DNA of 61,618 bases, filler included, from Stramenopiles sp. TOSAG23-3 (Eukaryota): assembly GCA_900128585.1 (NCBI GenBank). It is 16 parts of 16 records of this genome, joined end to end, with 100 filler letters (N's around TTAATTAATTAA, not from the genome) between each part and the next. Parts side by side here need not be neighbours in the genome. Positions count along the whole stretch, not along the records: positions 7,755 to 11,530 come from LT644082.1; positions 11,631 to 15,394 come from LT644083.1; positions 15,495 to 19,257 come from LT644084.1; positions 19,358 to 23,120 come from LT644085.1; positions 23,221 to 26,983 come from LT644086.1; 11 more parts are not named here. One strand, written 5' to 3'. Below, piece by piece: positions 11,447-23,257 of this stretch. The notes under the pieces were generated by a model that had not been told where the DNA came from, ran no database searches, and worked only from the letters and a program-made list of their open reading frames with translations. The number at the start of each line of letters is the position of its first letter. Position 1 is the first letter of the stretch. The position numbers and the translations under genes are program-made.

Positions 11447-12396
11447 TCAATAGTAGAGGGCAAAAACTTAAAATATTGTACTTGTAACAATGTCCTATAT
11501 AAATGCGTAGAGTGAAAATAAAAGAGAACTNNNNNNNNNNNNNNNNNNNNNNNNNNNNNNNNNNNNNNNNNNNNTTAATTAATTAANNNNNNNNNNNNNN
11601 NNNNNNNNNNNNNNNNNNNNNNNNNNNNNNGGAGTGGTATGTGCACTACTACTATCATGCGTATGTGCAAAATAAATTTGTTTTTGAATTTTTTCTTCTG
11701 GCTGGTTTATAATTAATTCATCATGCTTCTTCTTGTTTTCTTCTGTCGGCTACTACTTGGCTGCTACTATATATTCGATATAGTCTAATAAATAGGAATA
11801 AAACAATAAGAACAACAGAGCGAGGAATAAGAGAATTCCACATCCGTCCTACCCACCACATGTTTTTATCTTCTTCATTTAAAAGGTGGAACCCTCCCCC
11901 AACCTAGAAATTCTTCCTATTAATTGTATACATGTATTTGGTAAAATGGAAAATATGATAAGAAAACATACTAGCACTAACAAGTACACCCAAGAAAACG
12001 CTGACTGACCGTATTATTAAATTAATTAATTACGTTGGTGGGTGGGGGGGGGGGGAAGGCTTCTACTTAAAATCACAGAAATAATTATTCTTAAATAATT
12101 TTGAAATACTGTGCTTGTACCATCACTTTTAATTTTTTTTTGTAGCTACTAGATGACGACGCGCCGCGATTGCAATTTATTCGCACCTTAGGTACCTGTA
12201 CTGTACCAAAATAAACCCCTATCGGTGGAAGGGTGGAAATACGTTTGGCTGTCCTATTGTCGTCTTCATTATGTCGATATAATATAATCAGAAAGTGACT
12301 GGTTCAAGAAAAAGAGTTAGTTGAAGACCGAAAACAATTAGAACTTCTAGTGCGTAAAACCAATCGAGTTTTGCCGGTTAAAGAAATACAATATTT

Positions 12397-12810
12397 TTGC
12401 CTACTGCACTTTTAAAAAGCAATCTTCGGATCATACTTTGCAACGACAACACAGCCTTATCAGGAAGAGAAGTGCACGATGTAGAGGTTTTCGAGCTGAA
12501 CTTGCATCGACTGGCATCGTCTCTGGAGAACGGTCTATCGAGCGTCTACACCGCTGGGTTCTTCAATGCTGTGACTTGGGAAACTCTAGCTGCATCGATA
12601 TCAGGAGGCAATGACACCCCCATAAACCATGCTATGACCGACTTAGATATTTGGCTGCGACGGTGCGTTCCATACCGATCTTCTTCAACGGGTTTGCCTC
12701 TGAATAGGGCATGCATAGTTAGGAAAAATGCAGATGGGCGTTGGTTTGTGCAAAAAGTAGAGAGGTTCAAGCAGAAAACGTCCTTTGGCCGTCGGGGCGT
12801 GTCGTCGTGA
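12397..12810 (+). CDS. Hypothetical ORF, possibly a frameshifted or degenerate gene
   Basis: Coding-like composition and a TTG start; an upstream frame (about 12299-12415, LVQEKELVEDRKQLELLVRK) looks like a broken N-terminus. Confidence 0.3.
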   Translation: MPTALLKSNLRIILCNDNTALSGREVHDVEVFELNLHRLASSLENGLSSVYTAGFFNAVTWETLAASISGGNDTPINHAMTDLDIWLRRCVPYRSSSTGLPLNRACIVRKNADGRWFVQKVERFKQKTSFGRRGVSS

Positions 12811-14036
12811 CTATTCACGGCCGCAGCGGCCCTGTCCGGCTCCGGGCTTATCCCTTTCCTCGCCATGAACTGCTCCCGCTTTCTTTCCCACCGTGATTTA
12901 CAGTGAAAATTTAAAAAGATATTTTTTTCTATTTTTACAGGTAAATAAAATAGAATAGAATGGGCAATAATAATAATAAAAGAGGGAAAAAATAGATAAA
13001 TTCCCATCAAACAACACTGTGCACCCGTGCCGGTACCCCCATATTTACCTGGTAGGTACATAATGTGTGCCCCAGGCCAATTCGTCGTCCACCTTTTTGC
13101 TAAACTAGGCGCATCACACTTTCTATGCGATCTCAAATTAAATTGTGATCCGCGAGCGTCCTCAGGAGTAAACAGACTTCGCAAAATTGATTATGGTTAC
13201 ACTTATAGATGTTGGTCCTATTTGAAATAGTAATATTAATAAATATTAAAGAATCCTAACTGCACTATTATACTATACCAATGGGCACTATGGAATCGTT
13301 CGCAATTATCCAAACTCAAAAACACCGCACAAAACGTACCGTGTGTGCATCTGACNNNNNNNNNNNNNNNNNNNNNNNNNNNNNNNNNNNNNNNNNNNNN
13401 NNNNNNNNNNNNNNNNNNNNNNNNNNNNNNNNNNNNNNNNNNNNNNNNNNNNNNNNNNNNNNNNNNNNNNNNNNNNNNNNNNNNNNNNNNNNNNNNNNNN
13501 NNNNNNNNNNNNNNNNNNGTAGTGCTGTGTTCCTCCGGCCCACCAGTGGACGTTGTTGTTGCATAGCGGGGGTATTTACACCATCCTCCATTTGGCCAGA
13601 AGGTACAGGCCGTGGTGTAGAAATTGTACTATTTAGTAGTATAATAATGGTATAAATAGGAAAACACAGAAAACGTGAAGATAATTAAAAAACATCAAAG
13701 ACCAAATTTTTTACAATGTTTATATTTAATGTATTTATTATAATGATTCCTATATATAATAATAGTATTAAGCGAGGAGGTTTTCAAACTTCTTCTTCTC
13801 TTTTTTTTTTTTTCTTCTTCATTCTTCATCATCATAAAAAGCTTTTTTTTTTCAGAAATATTTATTATATTATTAACAAAAACCTAAATATGTGTGGACA
13901 AATATAGAAGAGATATATAAGAAACGTTCACCATTCATAACCATTTGCATAATTTTATACATTTTTTGTCAATGCATACTCAATGCCGTTCAAATGAGTC
14001 ATCTGACTATTCCACACAAATCATTAAAACAACAGA

Positions 14037-15309
14037 ATGCCTCAAAATACACTTCGCCGTGGCACTTTGCAACTCAGCCTGCAATCGCTTGGAGGCTCTG
14101 CATGTTCTAAAATATTACGAAAAATGTTTGAAATTGACGAGGGTGAGAAGCAATATTCAAAGTCTCGCAGATTTAGAAAATTTGTTCGTAAGTGCGATCT
14201 GTTTCCTTACGAACAACCAGTGAGTGAATTGAAGTCGTTCAGAAGTGGAATACTTTCCCTGATCACCATTATAGCATGTATATCTATAACAATTTTGGAG
14301 TTCGACACATTACAAAAGGGAAACCCACAAATCAGCATTGACACAGATGCTGCCCTCACAACGTTTGCTAAATACCCCATTCATACCCCACAACTATTTG
14401 TGACGGGGGGGCACGGCAGTTTACTTCGAAAATATCCCTATTTTCAAAATTTATCCTACTACAATATTGTTGCTCATGAACGGTTTATCTTTGAAAGCGA
14501 TTCTAATGACCAAAAGCCCAGGAAGAAGTTGCCCATTCCTGTAACAAACTGTGACATTAAAATGGAGCAATATAAATCTCGGCAAGGACAAACAATATTC
14601 TATTGTTGGGGAATATTCAAGTCAGATGTACAAATACATCCAGATCGATGTTATGCCTTGCTATGCATACAATGATTCTTTAGGGATTAAATGTGCACAA
14701 AAAAGTGAAATCACGAATCTTTTTTATGGGGAAAACTCGTATGCCACTTTTTCTATTTACGCAAAAGAACCAGAAAGTTTTAAAGTAGAAAAAAGTGCAT
14801 GGAAAAGTAAAGTTTACATTTCTTTGCCTATAAATCAGTGGCTTGGGTTGGAAGTTTATTTTCAACCAACTCGATTGTTACGGTTGGATAACTGGTGGGG
14901 GGGAATTAAAACTAATCGCACATTTTCAACGTTTCAATTCTTTGAGACTCGTACTTCCAGTTTGCGAAATGATGTCATAATGCGGTTTTATGTTCGAATG
15001 TCCCCAGACAGTGTTATACGAAGTGAACAAGTGTACAGCATTCGTCAATTAGTTGCCCGTCTGGGCGGGTACTTTATTTTGATTTATAGTGTCGCCCAAG
15101 TAATTGGAAACAGTTATAACGAAGCAAGACATAAAGTTTACGAGTTTATAAAAGACAAGGACGAGACAAACGCTCCTCCAAACTTCGTCAAGTCACCACG
15201 GGAGGCAGAGTTGCAGAAATCGAGCACCTCGATTAATTTAAACGATGCGATAGACAATCCTCTGTTTTCAAAACCAGTAGCAAAAGAAAGCAAAATGTCT
15301 GAAAAGTGA
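14037..15309 (+). CDS. Two-TM membrane protein with a large Cys-containing loop, split by a frame change near 14541-14586
   Basis: ORF1 has KCDLF...GILSLITIIACISITIL (TM1); ORF2 has IVGEYSSQMYKYIQIDVMPC...CAQKSEI and YSIRQLVARLGGYFILIYSVAQVI (TM2). Confidence 0.65.
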
Positions 15310-15495
15310 ATTGAAAAAAGCTGATTATCGTCCATGCGATCCATTAAAGGTTTGCTCCCTTCGTGTACTGCAAACTTTAAAACGAAATCATGGCNNNNNN
15401 NNNNNNNNNNNNNNNNNNNNNNNNNNNNNNNNNNNNNNTTAATTAATTAANNNNNNNNNNNNNNNNNNNNNNNNNNNNNNNNNNNNNNNNNNNNC

Positions 15496-15636
15496 GCGAA
15501 GGAGGAACAAAACGGATTGCTCGAATTTCGCACTCGATACTTGACAGAAATTTCCGAAATATCGCTTGATAAGTGTTATCTCAAACCTTCAAATGTGCAG
15601 GAGCTGGTCTGCAAATTGTATCAAACAGATTGTTGA
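15496..15636 (+). CDS. 3' end of a gene truncated by the contig start
   Basis: Open frame from contig edge: AKEEQNGLLEFRTRYL...KLYQTDC*. Confidence 0.5.
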   Translation, partial: AKEEQNGLLEFRTRYLTEISEISLDKCYLKPSNVQELVCKLYQTDC

Positions 15637-15835
15637 GAAATTTAGTGCCAAAAACATATTAAGAATAGCGCCATTATTTTGTTTTAAAATTTCATTTAAA
15701 AAAAGTGACAAAGCGAAATTTTAAAAATCTTGAATTTAGACGACAAATATTTAAAAAGAAAAAAGACCTTATGTTTCTTAATAAGTTTTTGAAAGATTAA
15801 AAACTATTATTTTTAGTGCAAAATCTATTCGGGAG

Positions 15836-16216
15836 ATGTACAAAATTTGGATTCGGAAGTGTCCTGAATTGGATAAGATAATCGACGAAATGGCGTCCAA
15901 CGATGAAAGCAAGGCAAAACAAAATATTGAAGAGTATGTGCTGAAGCAACTGGATAGATGCGCAATATGTTTGGAGCCGTTCAAAACTTTTGCAGACGTT
16001 ACGACTTTAAGCTGTTGCTGTCATTACTACTGCAGCGATTGCATACAAGAATTTGATGGGCAGGAAGTTAAAGAAGGGAGATGGTTAACGTGTCCACAAT
16101 GTCGCAGAAAGGTAGTGTTCTACCGGAAAGGAAAAGGCCCCGTCATAATGACGGTTCGATCAGCAAGCGAAAACCTCGAGTGGAAGAATCGGCTGCAGCA
16201 ATTAGGGGTTATTTAA
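15836..16216 (+). CDS. Small RING-finger protein (C3HC4-like)
   Basis: CAICLEPF...LSCCCHYYCSDCI...WLTCPQCR. Confidence 0.85.
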   Translation: MYKIWIRKCPELDKIIDEMASNDESKAKQNIEEYVLKQLDRCAICLEPFKTFADVTTLSCCCHYYCSDCIQEFDGQEVKEGRWLTCPQCRRKVVFYRKGKGPVIMTVRSASENLEWKNRLQQLGVI

Positions 16217-16463
16217 GGACACCAAAACGTTTACTTCTCCCCTCTTGTAACTAAATCATAACGATGTATTTAAAAACCCTTGCACAATGTATATTATATT
16301 TTGAAACGTTTGTTGGTCCCTACGATTGTAATGACCACAGCTTCTTTTTTTTTTAGAAGTCTGGAGAGCTGAGCAGAAGTCATTTAAATCCGACGACAGT
16401 CGGGAAAAAAAAACAAAATATTATTTTTTCGATTTTCTTATTTGATGGGGGAGGAGGGACAAC

Positions 16464-16863
16464 ATGCCGTTGTTTCGATTGGAATTGACTGAAGACGGCG
16501 ATGTTACTTACGGCTTTGAAGACAAATACACGTACTGGTGTTTCAATCCACCCAACGGTTTCCACAATGGTCATTGGCACCATATTGGAGGAACAGAGAT
16601 TGACAACGTGGACTATGACACGGACAATATTGTAGATTGTTACGGTAAAACGTTCCACGTGAACATGTCCAGAGACCCTTTTGGAAGGAGAAACGTGCTC
16701 TCCATCTTGTAACGATACCAAATACCACACCCTCGGAATTCCCGCTACGTGCCAAATGAACGAGTACGGAGAAGTTGTTTTCCGACCCGCTGTGTGCGGA
16801 TCCATATGCTACATGAATACCACTGTTCCCGATGGAGTCACCAGACGTGGTGGTGCGAATTGA
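16464..16863 (+). pseudogene. Small hypothetical protein apparently split by a +1 frameshift at CCCTTTT (about 16676-16682)
   Basis: Removing one T joins ...SRDP to LEGETCSPSCNDTKYH... Confidence 0.4.
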
Positions 16864-16902
16864 CACAGCAGCCTCATTAGACTATATTAAAAAAAAAGAA
16901 AA

Positions 16903-16960
16903 AGGAGGAGGAGGAAGAAGAAGAAGAAGAAGAAGAAGAAGAAGAAAGAAAGAAGATGAA
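16903..16960. repeat. (GGA)/(GAA)n microsatellite
   Basis: Direct reading. Confidence 0.9.
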
Positions 16961-17274
16961 AAAAACTGCTGTCGCCTGTCCTCATACTATAAATATTTTA
17001 CTTCAATAGAAAGGTCCTATTGCATGTTAGAACATGGGGAGGGCTAAACAGGTCGCAGACCACGAAATGTTTTTTTTAGCCCATCCTACCCATCCTATTG
17101 CACAACATTTATTTTTTATTCGTTTCACCACTTCTTCTTTTTTTTTAAATATTACACTTACACAGTATTACAATTTTGAGTTTATATATTGTTTAATATA
17201 TTCTATGTAGTCGTCTAGTACATATATTAATAATTTTTTAAAGAACGAAGCATAAATAAACCAATCAAATGTAA

Positions 17275-19001
17275 ATGCGTGGTGTGAATATTATTTTGCA
17301 GGTAAGAAAAGAAACCGTTGACGATTCGTGTAACTCCCTATTTTTGTGAAGAATAGTTATTCCCGTACACTGGACGTTTGCCCACCCAAAAGAAGTTCAA
17401 GTTGTCCTCAAGATACGAATTGGGGGGGAGGATATTACATTCTTAGCCCGTTCCCAAACTCAAGGTTCGGGATGGAAAATGAAACAAACATCAAGGGTTT
17501 GTTGTTGGAAGACTACATGGCCCATGTAATAAAATATAATGAAAAACTTGAAATTTCCAACCCAGACGAGACATTATTGTATGCTCCAAGCGAGATGGAT
17601 GATTCAGGGGATGATGATTCAGGGGTAGATGGTGAAGAAGATTTCATCGAACTCGACAAATATCCTGCTCTCCTCTCCTTGTCTGATTCAGCGAGGACGG
17701 AAGAAACAACCGTTTCTCTTTCACTGCAAAACAATTATGGAGAAGAATTGATGTCAAACCGATCCTTGCCTTTGCTCTCTGATAACGATGGCATATCAAA
17801 AACGAATCGCAAACTTCTTGGAAATGGGCAAAACGTAGATTGTTTTGAAGTAGATCTTCAAGGAAAAACCTTATTGAAGCGAATTGAAACTTTCCTGAAA
17901 AAAGAGCTTGCGGCGACTAAGGAAAAGAATGACAACCAGCAATTGAAGGACATAGACACGAGAATCATTAATAGTGGACATTCACTTTTGTTGACGAGTA
18001 ATACGAAACTGAATATATATAGGCAAGCGTTCTCAATGTATATAGCTGACAAGAGGCAAAAAAAGTATTTCAAAGTGCTTACAGATATATCTCGCGAATA
18101 TGATAAAGCTCTTCGTACGGCTGAAACATTTTTACAAGTGATACCAGAATTGCAGTCGGAGATAGGATCTGCAGAGCTGGGTACAGAAATGAAGTTAAAT
18201 GAATTGACCAACAATCACAACTTCAAATTACACAACCTTACATTAGAACATGATAAGCAAAGTTCTGTTTTGAAAAAACAAGTGAGCAAATATGCGATAG
18301 AAAATTCAGAACTGCGCCGTAAATTGGAGTACTCTGAGTCGAAAGTCGCTATTATGTCATCCCAAAGGAAAGAACTCCTAGAGACGCACAAAGTACTACT
18401 TCAGTACTTTAAAAAGTATGCGCAGTGGCGCTCGGAAGGGCGTATCAGCCCAGATGGGCCACAGAAACCCCAACGAAACGTAGAAGAGAAAGAGACCGCT
18501 TCCAACGCGGCGGATGCTCTGGCTATAAAAGAATGGAAAGGCGTTCACAATTCTTTAGCAGCGATACAGAAAATACACCTGCGCGCTCTGTCCGATGTAG
18601 AAGCGCTAGATGGACGACACAAAACTCAGATGGACGCATTGCAGAAGAAAATTAAAGAATTAGAAAAGGAAACGTATGCGTCTGCAATTCCAAAGCAAAA
18701 CAAGGTCAATTATGTAACTGAAGACGCTGCAGCGGAGCGGCCCACACCTGTGTCGAAATCTTCACCGAGAGTTAGAATTGCCAAGAGGGTAACGAAAAAA
18801 GCTTCTCGCAACTCAACAACACCTGCAAATGTTCCTGAAAAATCAATGTTAGAGCGCCTTTTTGACCTGAGGTCTCCTAGGCCTCTTCCATTTGAGAAAA
18901 TACGAATAGAAGAAGAAAAGCTACGAAAATCGAAGTCAAACATCGTCGACCCATTGCTACGGCTGCATCAGTCAAAAATCTTAGGCCGAAAGAAGCCTTG
19001 A
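17275..19001 (+). CDS. Coiled-coil protein with a TSNAXIP1_N-like segment; probable 50-nt intron at 17302-17351
   Basis: IETFLKKEL...KLNIYRQAFSMYI...VLTDISREYD followed by heptad repeats; CAG|GTAAG...TTTTTGTGAAG| joins ATG 17275 in frame (alternative start ATG 17472). Confidence 0.65.
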
Positions 19002-19766
19002 AGCCCACGCGACCAAAAGTAAAAAGAGGTACCGTCATAAACAATTTACCCGTATGATATTTAAAACTCCATGCATAATCTGAATGGATAGATGGATTAG
19101 CATTGCTTTCAAATGACCCAAAGTCGACTTCCTCGTCCAGGTGTCTCATTCATATTTAAAAAATAAACAAATTTATATAAACAATAATAGCCACTGTCTC
19201 AAACAATTTTATGATAGTTTGAATGATGAATACCAGAAGTTTTATTCTGGAACAAGGNNNNNNNNNNNNNNNNNNNNNNNNNNNNNNNNNNNNNNNNNNN
19301 NTTAATTAATTAANNNNNNNNNNNNNNNNNNNNNNNNNNNNNNNNNNNNNNNNNNNNTTTTTTATCTACTAAAAAAACTTATTATTTCCTTATTTCCTTA
19401 TTTTCATCTATTTCGTTATTTTGATCTTTGGTCCCTCCTGGACTAGTGTCAGCAGGGAATTACTCAATATCCACCACCACCATCTCATTATTGAGATATA
19501 CTCCTCGTACACCACCTTCTTGGTTTCGTTTCTTCAATTTTTGAACAGAAAATAACGAAACACTAATGAAAGAAAATGTCTCTTTAACATCTTAGAAATT
19601 GGGATATCCTACTTGTGTTCACTCAACACACACACCTTCATTTGCAAAAGAAGACAGAAAAAGAGGAAAGTTTACAAACCTAACCTACTGATACCCCCCG
19701 ATCCCCAAATTGCAACTACTCTCAACCGACGACCAAACTGAAACTTTTGAAGAACGGGATGAAATA

Positions 19767-22607
19767 ATGGGGGACGTGTTTCAACATATGTCCGATTGTT
19801 ATGACGGCCTGTTCGAAAATTTTTATGAAAGATTATTCTCTCGTCGAAGAATGATTGAACGGTATGCCGCTTACGATAGTGTTGGTACTGGGTTTATGCA
19901 CATATATCTTGCCTGCGTAATGTCAAGAGTGATCAGCCTTGTTTTTTATATGGTTTGTTTTTCAGAATCCCTCGCTCCGATGATGCTCTTGCCGGACTAC
20001 CCCGTAAACACCCTGAGGGAGCTGGACAGGGCCTGGCCCACTTCGTTGGAAATTGAGTACGTTCCCAAAGGGAGAAGAATCGTCGTGAAAAGCGAGAGTA
20101 GACCCGCGCGGATGACGTTCGTCGGGAACGAAGACAGCGAGACCCGCGTCGGGCACTACCTGTACACAACCACTATGGGGTATTTTGAAATGACAAATTA
20201 CCTGTCTGGGGACCTGTCTGGGGGCATCTCCCCAATGCCCTGGGGAGCAAGGAAGGAAACGGTCCCGTTGGACCCGGAAGATTACATGCCTGATCGTTCT
20301 CTGCTGCATATCAACGCGCCCAGTCAACAAATTCGGTTGTTGCCTGGGACTAGCTCGCTCTCCATTTCGTTCTTCCCGGATCACATGGTGTACGCAAGCG
20401 ACGCGTTTGGCATCAGGAAGGTGGGCTACCGCGAGTATTATCAATTTTTTCGGCACATGATGGCAGGAATATGCAGCCAGAAATTCCGGGATGCCCATGA
20501 CAGCCCGGGGCAGCGCGAGAGCTACTACCATTGCGACAAGGACACTTTGAAGGCTGCCCTCGGACGGGAAGAAATCGCAGCAAAGGCCGTCAGTACCAAC
20601 GTCTTCAGATGGTTCAAAACAAGCTTCTTTCCCTTCGTGAAGATATTGATTGAGTTTGTCCTGCATATATGGTGGCAGGCTGCGGTATATTGCGTTATGG
20701 TATGGTACATGATGGCGCCCCTGCGACCAAAGACAAACACCGAAAATTTCAACCGCAAGGTGACGTTTTCACGCTGCTTTATTGTTTATTCGTATACGAT
20801 CGCCCCGTACATAATGATTTCGGCGATCGTGCAAAGGCTTATTTTTGTGTTCACGGACTATGGGAAAGCAGTGGTCAACCAAACCCTTGTCGACAATGTT
20901 GTGGACGACATGGAGTACGATACCTATGTTTTAGTGCTCTTTTGGTTATACATCTTTATCAAATGCGTTATGAATGCAAGAGTGGCCATCCCGGACATTA
21001 ATATCCCCGAACTCTACCCCGAGGAGTCGGCAAGAGGAAGAAGGGAGGCAGAAGAGGGACGCGCACGGAGGCAGGCAGTGGCAGAGGAAATGATAGAACG
21101 CGCGGAGACAGAGGCGGGGGGGCGGCCAGGCGTCGATAATTCAAACCCCGGGGGTGGCAGACAGGGCACCGGTCGATTGTCAGAAGGGGAAGGCAAGGAA
21201 ATGGGCAAAGAAACCGCAACTGCGGCAAAACGGCCAGCGGTTGAAGATGCCAGCGCTGGGGGTGACGACGAGGGTTCGGGTCGGTCGGTAAAGGAGGAGG
21301 GGCCGGGCGTGGAGAGCTCAAACCCTGGGGGCGGCAAAGAGGCTTCTACGACGCCAGAACGGTTGGCAGCTGCGTTGGACAGGGCGGAACTGGACCGGAT
21401 GAGAGCAACGACGTCCGTTATGAGAAATGAATCAAAGGTGCTGAAAGAAGAATCAAAGGTGCTGAAAGAAGAATCAAAAGCGCTGAAAGAAGAATCAAAG
21501 GTGCTGAAAGAAGATTACCGAAAGATGGAATCTTTGTACAAGGAAACAAAGGCCGAGTTGGAAAGTGCTACTCTCCAACACCGGGCGACGGTCCAAGGCC
21601 TTCGCACAACAATGGCAGAAATGGAAACACGGCATTTAAAAAAGCAAAAAGAGGAAGAAGTCACGGTGCTGGCCATGCTTCAAAAAGAGAAGGAATTACT
21701 GCAGCTCTTGGAAAAGATAAAGGAAGAAAACAAGGCTTTGAGCGAGCGGCAGAACAAGATTTCAAGGTACTACGACGATATGAAATCAAAATTTGAAGAG
21801 GAAAAGCGAAGGAACCTGCGCACGACGGTGTACGAGAACGGGGCGGGCGAGGAACCGAAACGAACGTTTGCCCACAATAGTTCTGGTGGCGATGTTGTCG
21901 GTGTAGATAATGCGTCGGAAAACGACCCCGACGATAGTTTCTTTCAACTCCAAGACAGGCTTGCTCAATTGCGCGAGGCCGTTGTGGAACTGTTGCAAGC
22001 AGAAAAGCAGGGCGATGCTGAGAACGACATCGGTCGGGCCGGTGAAGACACCATTTGCGAAGAGGAGATAAAGGAAAAGTTGAAACAACTGCGCGAAGCG
22101 GCATCCATCCTTATGATGGAACAAAGTCGAGTCCAAAACGCTACTCTCTCCCTTTTATCGGACGAGGATGTTTCCAAAGAGGACCCCCCCCAGGACCAAA
22201 TAGCCGAAGAAGGCATAACTCGTGGTGCAAGTAGCCAACATGCGGACTCGTTTGCAGGCGGTAACCCCGGAGAGGAAGGCGGAAGCGTTGCAGAAATAAA
22301 CCTCCCAAACAGTAATGGCACCGAACTGGAACGCGTTGACCCCGAAGTTCAGCCGCTATCACTCGACGAAGTTTTGAACATTTCTGTTCCAATGGGTCGC
22401 GAATATCTAAGCACAACTCAAGACCGCCACGAATCGTTCCAGCAGCACAAAGAGAAGTTGAGAATCTATGCTCAAGCCCGGTATATGTGGAAGAATAACG
22501 TCGACGTTGAGGAGGAAGGGTTTGCCGAGAGTAACATGGGCGTTAGCAACGAATCGATAGAAATCATACGGGGGGCTGTTAATCATGCTGCCAATTCAGA
22601 CGACTGA
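19767..22607 (+). CDS. Large multi-TM protein with an acidic coiled-coil C-terminal half
   Basis: About 950-codon ORF, several hydrophobic segments in the N-terminal half, ESKVLKE repeats and coiled coil; the track start at 19710 is TTG. Confidence 0.75.
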   Translation: MGDVFQHMSDCYDGLFENFYERLFSRRRMIERYAAYDSVGTGFMHIYLACVMSRVISLVFYMVCFSESLAPMMLLPDYPVNTLRELDRAWPTSLEIEYVPKGRRIVVKSESRPARMTFVGNEDSETRVGHYLYTTTMGYFEMTNYLSGDLSGGISPMPWGARKETVPLDPEDYMPDRSLLHINAPSQQIRLLPGTSSLSISFFPDHMVYASDAFGIRKVGYREYYQFFRHMMAGICSQKFRDAHDSPGQRESYYHCDKDTLKAALGREEIAAKAVSTNVFRWFKTSFFPFVKILIEFVLHIWWQAAVYCVMVWYMMAPLRPKTNTENFNRKVTFSRCFIVYSYTIAPYIMISAIVQRLIFVFTDYGKAVVNQTLVDNVVDDMEYDTYVLVLFWLYIFIKCVMNARVAIPDINIPELYPEESARGRREAEEGRARRQAVAEEMIERAETEAGGRPGVDNSNPGGGRQGTGRLSEGEGKEMGKETATAAKRPAVEDASAGGDDEGSGRSVKEEGPGVESSNPGGGKEASTTPERLAAALDRAELDRMRATTSVMRNESKVLKEESKVLKEESKALKEESKVLKEDYRKMESLYKETKAELESATLQHRATVQGLRTTMAEMETRHLKKQKEEEVTVLAMLQKEKELLQLLEKIKEENKALSERQNKISRYYDDMKSKFEEEKRRNLRTTVYENGAGEEPKRTFAHNSSGGDVVGVDNASENDPDDSFFQLQDRLAQLREAVVELLQAEKQGDAENDIGRAGEDTICEEEIKEKLKQLREAASILMMEQSRVQNATLSLLSDEDVSKEDPPQDQIAEEGITRGASSQHADSFAGGNPGEEGGSVAEINLPNSNGTELERVDPEVQPLSLDEVLNISVPMGREYLSTTQDRHESFQQHKEKLRIYAQARYMWKNNVDVEEEGFAESNMGVSNESIEIIRGAVNHAANSDD
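21429..21512 (+). repeat. Coding tandem repeat, 4 x 21 bp (ESKVLKE heptad)
   Basis: gaatcaaaggtgctgaaagaa x4, third copy variant. Confidence 0.95.
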
Positions 22608-23257
22608 AGGATGTCGAGATCGTGATTGGAAACCATTTTTTGGTATATTGATAATGTTTTCACTCAAGTGTAGAATAAATTTTATGTTTCAATTCTTTCC
22701 GTCAAAATGATTATTTGATATATCATAGTAAATTATAATATTCTTCATCATTCAACAAATATATTTTTATTACTGTGTACTGTACAGGTACCAAGTTTTA
22801 TTTTTGGTACCTTATTATTCGTTGGTTTTAATACCTGTTCTACCAATGTTCGAAAATTGCCTCTTCGGCCTGTTGCTTCATTGCTTCGTTGTGTTGTGCT
22901 TCTCGTTCGGCGAGATGCTGAGATTGGCCGGAAGAAAGAAGAATTAGAGCTCTGAATGAATAAATATAATATTTCAATTTACATCTATACATACGAATAT
23001 CATGGAGTCCAGTGGGTGGATCATCATCATTGCTAGAATAGAATTCAAAATGTCGTCAGTTTTTCTTTTTTGTTTTATTCGTTCCCTATTTGTATATAAT
23101 ATAGTCTCTATTATGTTCCTNNNNNNNNNNNNNNNNNNNNNNNNNNNNNNNNNNNNNNNNNNNNTTAATTAATTAANNNNNNNNNNNNNNNNNNNNNNNN
23201 NNNNNNNNNNNNNNNNNNNNACGTTTAGACATCACGGACACCACCATCACATTACCC

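Noticed and set aside
22855-22885. Resemblance to the U2 snRNA 5' end
   Set aside because: No collinear branch-point-recognition sequence (GTGTAGTA) or Sm site follows.
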